NCBI GenBank assembly: GCA_013416795.1
Contig: RQSC01000783.1
Coordinates: 1-9,704 of the forward strand
Source of the DNA: Prasinococcaceae sp. CCMP 1430
Taxonomy: Eukaryota > Plantae > Prasinodermophyta
DNA length: 9,704 bases
Direction of reading: 5' to 3'
Shown here piece by piece: positions 1 to 6,800 of this stretch. Position 1 is the stretch's first letter. Each line of letters starts with the position of its first letter. Below the pieces are notes generated by a model that saw only the letters and a list, made by a program, of their open reading frames with translations, did no database searches and was not told the origin of the DNA. A program made the position numbers and the translations under genes.

Positions 1-199
1 AAAACATAACAAACTAATAGGCTAACATAGACATGCGAAAAGCCTAACAGACTAAATTGCATAACTAACCTTGCATAAACAAACTCTTACAACAATGCAT
101 GTCTAACTTTTTATAAAATATTTCCTGAAAACAGTACAATAGGATCAATAGGATACAGCACAGATTCAACTAACCATTGTCTCTAAATTTGATATGAAA

Positions 200-226
200 T
201 ACTGATATGGGTTCTTTCCTATTCAG
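200..226 (+). promoter_or_regulatory. 3' splice acceptor for ORF1
   Basis: TACTGAT 200-206, pyrimidine tract, TTCAG|A ATG. Confidence 0.6.
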
Positions 227-227
227 A

Positions 228-617
228 ATGGAAGGACCAAACTTGAAACAACCACAACCTACTCCAGAGGAACAACCAGTGATCCTCTCCAAAGACCAGG
301 AGGAAGGATTGAAGTGGTTGCATCAACACAAGCAGAGATACTTACAATACAACCAGGAGGTTGAAGAAACTGAAGCCAAGCTGAAGAAGGTTGATCAGAG
401 ACTGCAGAAGTTGGAACAAGACAAGAAAAGCTTTCAAGACCTTCTGGAGCTTCTTGAACAAGATATTGACCATTACACAATGGTCAAGGAAGAGATGTAC
501 CTCCCTCATATTAGGACATACACCCACCTAGCCAGAAGACAGAGGAAAGAGATAAGAAGGTTGGAAAGGTATTTGGCCAATGAAGAACCAGAGAACTCTG
601 AAGTAGAATCAGAGTAA
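228..617 (+). CDS. Accessory ORF1, 129-aa coiled-coil protein of unknown function (ORF track starts at 207)
   Basis: E/K/Q/L-rich heptad pattern. Ungapped ~30% identity to ORF2. Acceptor TTCTTTCCTATTCAG ends at 226, just before ATG 228, favouring the MEGPNL start. Confidence 0.8.
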   Translation: MEGPNLKQPQPTPEEQPVILSKDQEEGLKWLHQHKQRYLQYNQEVEETEAKLKKVDQRLQKLEQDKKSFQDLLELLEQDIDHYTMVKEEMYLPHIRTYTHLARRQRKEIRRLERYLANEEPENSEVESE

Positions 618-838
618 ACTTTTTCTTTCTGGCTCTTACAGTGATGTTTTTCTTTTTGTAAATAACTTTTCTCCCAGAAACTATAATGTGATGTTTTTTC
701 TTTTCCAACTGTGTTTTGCTTTTATCAATATATCCTTTTCCTCCTAGTAAACTTGAGTATGGTCTGTTGTGATTTTCTTCCTTAAGATGGCAATTTAGTC
801 CCATATGAGTAATAAATCACTAATTAAAATGATTGCTT

Positions 839-853
839 GACTGATGTGAACAG
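839..853 (+). promoter_or_regulatory. 3' splice acceptor for ORF2
   Basis: GACTGAT 839-845 (also CACTAAT 818-824), AACAG|AC ATG. Confidence 0.5.
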
Positions 854-855
854 AC

Positions 856-1170
856 ATGAGCTTCTTGACTCCTGAAGAAGAGAAAGGCCACTTGGAGCTC
901 ATGGCTCTTAACCACAACCTCACCATCCTCAAGCAAGAAAAGAATCGAGTGGAACAAAGAATGCAGGTGGTGGAAAGAAGGCTAGAGAAGCTCAACAAGA
1001 AGAAAAGACAGCTTGAAGAAGCCCTGGAGGATGTAGAAGATGACATTGGTTTTTATTCTCAGCACAAGGAAGGAAGATTCCTGTCTAGCATTGAACATTT
1101 TAGACACCTGATCAAAGTGGAGAAAAGGAAGATCAAACAGCTGGAACAATCTCTTCTCCAAGGAAAATAA
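856..1170 (+). CDS. Accessory ORF2, 104-aa coiled-coil protein, paralog of ORF1
   Basis: ATG 856 follows AACAG|AC. Heptad pattern. Aligns without gaps to ORF1 (LE..E.DI..Y...KE...L..I....HL......I..LE..L). Confidence 0.82.
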   Translation: MSFLTPEEEKGHLELMALNHNLTILKQEKNRVEQRMQVVERRLEKLNKKKRQLEEALEDVEDDIGFYSQHKEGRFLSSIEHFRHLIKVEKRKIKQLEQSLLQGK

Positions 1171-1383
1171 ACTGAACTCTTGATTTTGCTTTGCTGTCAT
1201 TGGCTTTTTGACTGTAAGATTTATAAATATGAAGTTCCTTTCTTTTCAACCCTGTTTACTATGAAGCAAAATGATTCTGTCTGCCTGTTGAAAATTACAT
1301 CACAAGTAAAAGCCTGACAACATTCAAAACATATGCTTTCTTGAAGTCAGTGACAATATGTGTTTCATTAAAGTCACATGAGT

Positions 1384-1414
1384 AACTAATGTTGCTTTGG
1401 ATGCATGTCTACAG
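1384..1414 (+). promoter_or_regulatory. 3' splice acceptor for ORF3
   Basis: AACTAAT 1384-1390, CTACAG|ATG. Confidence 0.55.
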
Positions 1415-1666
1415 ATGGGAATATATGTGGATAATGACATCAGGAGGCTAAAGATCCTACCCAAGACTGGAGAGGACCTCAATCGATTCCTTCTACTATC
1501 TTTACAATATGACAGAGAGCAATATGCTGATTGGCTAAGGAAGGAACTCTGGGAACTTTTGGAGGACCTGACCTTTGACAATGATGTTATCACCTGGAAT
1601 GTTAACACTTTTGCCAGATTTTTCATCCTTTCTGCTAGGTTTTGGGATATTATTCATAAGAACTAA
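1415..1666 (+). CDS. Accessory ORF3, 83-aa protein of unknown function (ORF track starts at TTG 1397)
   Basis: ATG 1415 directly follows CTACAG, with AACTAAT at 1384-1390 upstream. GC-richer than the AT-rich flanks, with codon style like neighbouring ORFs. No recognisable domain. Confidence 0.6.
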   Translation: MGIYVDNDIRRLKILPKTGEDLNRFLLLSLQYDREQYADWLRKELWELLEDLTFDNDVITWNVNTFARFFILSARFWDIIHKN

Positions 1667-1696
1667 ACTCTTTTAATGTTTTCTTACTAAACTCTT

Positions 1697-1727
1697 TACT
1701 AACAATTGAATTTTGTATGCTGTACAG
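1697..1727 (+). promoter_or_regulatory. 3' splice acceptor for thymidine kinase
   Basis: Perfect TACTAAC 1697-1703, TACAG|ATG. Confidence 0.7.
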
Positions 1728-2294
1728 ATGGCTTCTTACACTGGAAGAATTGAACTGATCATGGGACCCATGTTTGCTGGAAAGACTTCTGAACTCATGA
1801 GGAGGGTCCGAAGACTGCAGATCGCCAAGAAGAAGACCATAGTGTTGAAGCACACTTCAGATACTAGATACCTGCATTTAATGAAAGATTCAGTGATAGC
1901 CCATGACCATATTACCTCTATTCCTGCAGTAACCCTTCATAATCTGAGTGAATTTTTAGAGTGGGAAGAATATGACTGTATTGCTATAGATGAAGGACAT
2001 TTCTTCGAAAATGTCTCAGGATTTGCTGATCAGTGGGCAAATGCAGGGAAGATAGTGATAGTCACCACAATTGATGGCACACAGTCTAGAGAAATGCTTC
2101 CCAGCATTACTCAGCTACTCCCCAAGGCTGAAAGTGTAGTGAAACTCACAGCCATTTGTATGAGATGTGGCAATGAAGCAGCCTTCACTTTTAGAACAGC
2201 TCCACCTGAGGACACCAACATGGTAGGAGGGGCTGACAAATATCAAGCTGTTTGTCGCCTTTGCTTTTTCAAGGCCAAGAAGCAGGCCAACTAA
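1728..2294 (+). CDS. tk: Thymidine kinase, TK1/poxvirus type, 188 aa, intronless (ORF track starts at TTG 1713)
   Basis: P-loop GPMFAGKTSELMRR, DTRY, IAIDEGHFF, GKIVIV..IDGT, Zn pairs CMRC and CRLC, lasso VGGADKY. ATG 1728 directly follows TACAG. Confidence 0.96.
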   Translation: MASYTGRIELIMGPMFAGKTSELMRRVRRLQIAKKKTIVLKHTSDTRYLHLMKDSVIAHDHITSIPAVTLHNLSEFLEWEEYDCIAIDEGHFFENVSGFADQWANAGKIVIVTTIDGTQSREMLPSITQLLPKAESVVKLTAICMRCGNEAAFTFRTAPPEDTNMVGGADKYQAVCRLCFFKAKKQAN

Positions 2295-2551
2295 GCTAGA
2301 TTAGGTTCCATTAGACAAAGGAATATCCTTATCTAGACACTAGCATTATTGAGACTATAGCAATATTTTAGGGAATAGTTTGTAAATAGTTTTGGAAATT
2401 CATGTATGGGTTTTCATTCTGACATTGGACATAAACTGGATTTTTAGATTTCAATAGAAATTCTTTTCAACTTCTAATGGTCTTTTATTCTTTTGTGAGG
2501 TGTTTTCTTTGTCAAAATGAATGCAGGATGTGATAGATTTCTGGAATTATG

Positions 2552-2649
2552 GTAAGTCTTTTCACACAAAAATTTCTAACATACCTTGTGTTTTTCTGTT
2601 TGCTTTGTTTTGATGTTTTGGGTTTTGTGACAACTGGGAACTAAAACAG
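2552..2649 (+). other. Candidate intron or acceptor directly upstream of gag
   Basis: G|GTAAGT at 2552, CTAAC 2576-2580, long T/GT-rich tract, AAACAG| ends at 2649, 9 nt before the gag ATG. Confidence 0.55.
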
Positions 2650-2658
2650 ACTTGAACC

Positions 2659-3846
2659 ATGGAACAACAAGTGACTTTAACTTTGGCTGAACTGAAAACT
2701 ATGATGGAAAACATTGGACCAAAACAGAACAAAGAAAAGAATTCTCATATTGAACCCAAAGTATTCAAAGGAGGCATTCTTCCTGATGCCAAAGATTGGC
2801 TTCATGACTATGAAGATGCTGCCTTGAATAACCACTGGACTGAAGAAACCAAGTGTAGACAACTGAATAGGTACACTGATGGACCTGTCAAACTTTGGCT
2901 TAGAAGACAAACAGACCAAGTCAAGGCATCCTGGGACCTTTTGAAACAAGGTATTTTAGATGAGTTTGCTCCTAGAAACCAAGCTGACTTTTATAGAGAA
3001 CATATCAAGGAATACCAACAAGGAAACCTTCACATTGTTGAACATTGTGAAAATGTACTGGCAATCTGCCACAAGATTAATGCCAACATGCCAGAAGAAG
3101 ACAAACTTCATTACCTATTGGACAGCATGAACCCCATTATTGCAGGAAAACTGAGGGAGACTGTACCACCTATCAACAATATCTCTGAACTGATGGCTAG
3201 GGCCTCAGTTTTGTATGAATCCAACAAGACAACCAAAAGAAAACTGGAGGCCATGAAAAGGGTCAGTGCTACCCTATCTCATGCCAAACCTAGTTTCAGA
3301 CCAGCTTTCAAACCTCAGAGACCAGCAACTGTGGTCCAACCTCAGAAACCTCACATGCAGAGCCTTTGGGACTCCATGATGATAGAAGAAGCTGACCTTG
3401 AGGAAGACCAGACCACAACAAACAACAACCATCCAAAAAACGGGCCAATCTTCAATACAGGAGACAGACAGTGTCTTTACTGCCATTACACCAACCACCT
3501 AACCAAAGACTGTACCTTGAAACAAAACAACCTGTGCTGGAACTGCAAGGAGCCAGGACATCGATTCACAGCTTGCAAGAAGACTTGGGTGAACCCCAGG
3601 AAGAAGAACTATCCCAACAAAACTTGGATCAACCCAGACTTGAAGAAGACTCAGGAGACTCAGAAGCCACAAAACAAACCCAAACCTCAGTTCAAGAAAT
3701 CTTCTCAGAAGATCCAGAACCAAATGAAGGTACCAGTACATGCTGTAGAAGAGGAGAAACACCAGGAAACTCAAGAGGAAACGGAGGAAGTAGACATTCT
3801 GCAACTGAATCAGACTTATGCAGAAGCCATGGAAATGGAGGAATAA
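2659..3846 (+). CDS. gag: Gag (Ty3/Gypsy capsid, two CCHC zinc knuckles, acidic tail)
   Basis: Capsid-like PKVFKG...DAKDWLHDYE...W...K...L..Y..G...W. CX2CX4HX4C motifs at 3472-3513 (CLYCHYTNHLTKDC) and 3535-3576 (CWNCKEPGHRFTAC). Confidence 0.95.
   Translation: MEQQVTLTLAELKTMMENIGPKQNKEKNSHIEPKVFKGGILPDAKDWLHDYEDAALNNHWTEETKCRQLNRYTDGPVKLWLRRQTDQVKASWDLLKQGILDEFAPRNQADFYREHIKEYQQGNLHIVEHCENVLAICHKINANMPEEDKLHYLLDSMNPIIAGKLRETVPPINNISELMARASVLYESNKTTKRKLEAMKRVSATLSHAKPSFRPAFKPQRPATVVQPQKPHMQSLWDSMMIEEADLEEDQTTTNNNHPKNGPIFNTGDRQCLYCHYTNHLTKDCTLKQNNLCWNCKEPGHRFTACKKTWVNPRKKNYPNKTWINPDLKKTQETQKPQNKPKPQFKKSSQKIQNQMKVPVHAVEEEKHQETQEETEEVDILQLNQTYAEAMEMEE
3435..3441 (+). promoter_or_regulatory. 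Candidate -1 ribosomal frameshift slippery heptamer A_AAA_AAC
   Basis: Perfect X_XXY_YYZ in gag phase (CCA AAA AAC). The pol frame opens 33 nt upstream (TGA at 3399-3401) and stays open across the remaining ~400 nt of gag. I found no other perfect in-phase heptamer in the overlap and no convincing stimulatory stem. Confidence 0.7.
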
Positions 3847-6800
3847 CCAATAACTCTGTAACCTCTCCCACCAAGATAACAGACTGTTACAGAAAACAAC
3901 GACACTACAAGCAAAAGAAAGGGAGACGGAGATTGAAACAACATGACTTGAAAATACAACAAAAACATCAACTTGACTGGGATGTGGCAGGTATGCGGGC
4001 GGAAGCTGAAAGATGCTGGGGATCGAAATTGGAAAAGAGCAATGGAGAGAGGCTCGAGCTCGTGCGAGGGACCAACAGCCTGCTAAGTGCTACTCCGATG
4101 GCCAACCCCAAAGAAAAGAAGGGGTGGACAACTCTCAAGGAGGTACCCCTGAAGAAGTCGTCCAAGTCGAACCGAGAGGTCCTTGGAGAGGTCTATCAGG
4201 AGGGAGTGTCCCGGAGCATGGAACGGCAAGCGTTGTGGTGGACTGAGTTCCATACTGAAACCTCCACAGTTTCTCCCTCTCTTCTGGGGAAAAGAAAAAG
4301 GGTCGTTTTTGAAGAGGATGAACCTGCCACACTCTGTCAATACTCTGTACATACTCCAGAAGAACCTGTGAGGAAACACCTGAGAGTTAGTAAAACATTA
4401 CTCATAGAGATAGAAATTGAGGGCAAACCTTTACAAGTGCTTGTAGATACTGGTGCTGCACTGTCTTTGTTAAGAGAAAGAACTGCACGTCATCTTGTTC
4501 CTTCCCGTCGAATAGAACCTTGCTCTGCAATTAATCTGGTAATGGCTGATGGAAGAGTCACACCAGTACAAACCAGAGCATGGGTAAGACTCTCTCTAGG
4601 TGGGAAACTCCATGAGCTGCCAATCAGAATCCTGAATGGAGTCAGGTACCCTATGATAATGGGCCTGGACATCCTGAATGCCCTAGATGGCATCATTGAT
4701 TTAAAGAAAAGAATTGTGGAGCTCAATGGGATCCCATATAAAATCCTAGGAGAGGTTGAAGAGGAATGCACTGTAAGATTGTCTGAGAAAACTATTCTCA
4801 GACCTAGGACAGTGACATCTATTGTCTTAGAGTCACCAATAGGAGGAGTCACCCCATCTTATGGTGTTTATGTATCTGACCCTCTGGAATCTCTATACTA
4901 TCAGAAAAGAGTTCTAGTTCCATGTGCTACTCTATGTTTTGACAAAGGCAAAGCTAATCTTCTGGTAGTCAATCCAACCTTTCATGAGATCACTCTAGAG
5001 AAAGGCCTGCATATTGCTCGAATACAATCCCTAGCAGAAGTCACCACTATAGACTTTGAAAAGAATCAATCTACAGGAGCACCAGAGATTGATGAAGAGA
5101 CTTGGAAGGAGGTTGTGGAGAAGCTTGAATTACACAAAACAGAGTGTAGTAATCAACAGAGAGATCAACTATTGAGTTTGTTGCACAAACACAAAGAGTG
5201 TTTCACATTGCATTTTAGGCACATAGCAGGTAGACAGACACTCATTAAGCACAAAATAGACACTGGAGATGCACAACCCATCTATTCAAATCCTTATAGG
5301 AAGGCACCAGCTGAAAGAAAGATTATTGAAGAAGAAATCAATAAGATGTTGGAGGCAGAAGTGATTGAACCTGCTCAATCACCTTGGGGATTTCCTATTG
5401 TGCTTGCTAAAAAGAAGGATGGAACCTGGAGATTCTGTATTGACTACAGAAAGCTCAATGATGTCACCAAGAAATGGGTATATCCTCTTCCAAGAATTGA
5501 TGATATGATTGATACTCTTTCTGGCAATGAATGGTTTTCTGCCCTTGATTGTAGCTCTGGTTATTGGCAGATTGAAGTCGAAGAGGCTGACAAGCCCAAA
5601 ACTGCTTTTAATTCTATCATGGGACAACATCAATTCAGAGTAATGCCTTTTGGTCTCAGCAATGCTCCAAGAACATTTTCAAGAATGATGGACTTAGTTC
5701 TTGCGGGGCTGAAGTGGCATCAATGTCTTGTTTACCTTGATGATATTCTTATCTTTGGGAAGACATGGGCAGAACACTTGGAACGTCTTTCCATTGTGTT
5801 GGATCGATTGAAGAAACATAATATACTACTGAAGCCAAGCAAATGCAAATTTGCAAGGAAGTCTGTCACATATCTGGGTGTTATCATTGATAAGAATGGA
5901 GTCAGACCTGATCCTGAAAAGATAAAGGCCATATTGGACTTTCCAAGGCCAACTATTGTCAAAGAAATTCGGGGATTTTTGGGCATGTGCTCATATCACC
6001 GAAGATTTGTCAAGAATTTTTCGAGAATTGCAGCCCCACTTTCTTCTTTGACAAAGCAAAACCAACCTTTGATCTGGACTGAAAAAGAAGAAGAGGCTTT
6101 TATAGCCCTAAAGAAGGCTTTGACAGAAGCACCTTTGCTGGCCTTTCCTGACTTCTCCCTTCCATTCATTCTATATACAGATGCATCTGATGTAGGCATC
6201 TCAGCTGAACTTTCTCAAAAGACAGAGAAAGGAGAACAAGTCATTGCTTATGCCAGCAAGAAACTCAGTGATGCTGAAAAGCATTATATTCCTAGTGAGA
6301 AAGAATGTCTGGCTGTTATCTGGGCCTTGGATCTATGGAGGTGTTATCTTTTGGGAGCTCAATTCACTATTGTGACTGACAACAGTGCCTTATTATGGCT
6401 ACAATCTATCAGCCATCAAAAAGGGAAGCTTGCCAGATGGGCAATACAGATTCAAGAGTATAATTTCATAGTAAAACATAGAAAAGGAGCCCTCAACCAC
6501 ACTGACCCAACTTCAAGAAACCCTGTTGGGGAACCAGGATTTCAAAAGAATGATGAACACTTTCAGACAAGAATAGACTTTGATCTCGCAGCTCTGGAAG
6601 TAGATCTGGCTGGAGGCTGGCTTGAAAGATTAAAGAAAGAACAAAAAGAAGATCAAGACCTTTGGAAAGGAGATATGAGTCTCCTTAGGGTGGATGAAAA
6701 TGTTTTGAGTCTCAAAAATCAAAAGAAAAAGAAAGAACTACAAAAGAAATTTAGAATTCAAGATGATCTTTTAGAACATAGAGATTCTATAAATGGGCAA

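Noticed and set aside
811-816. AATAAA as a poly(A) signal for ORF1
   Set aside because: A single hexamer in AT-rich spacer DNA is expected by chance and has no independent support.
228-1666. Accessory ORFs as an envelope gene
   Set aside because: No signal peptide, no full transmembrane helix and no Cys or glycosylation pattern. They are small and lie upstream of gag. No env ORF follows pol.
1713-2294. Bacterial or phage tdk in a prokaryotic operon
   Set aside because: Motifs are closer to eukaryotic and poxviral TK1, no consistent Shine-Dalgarno sites are seen, and the context has spliceosomal signals and an LTR element.
3460-3478. Hairpin GGAGACA/TGTCTTT as the frameshift stimulator
   Set aside because: Weak (two G-U pairs) and about 18 nt from the heptamer, beyond the usual 5-9 nt spacer.
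4013-4371. Alternate-frame plus-strand ORFs 4013-4246 and 4183-4371
   Set aside because: Short, non-ATG starts, overlap pol in a GC-rich patch where stops are rarer, and no domain evidence.
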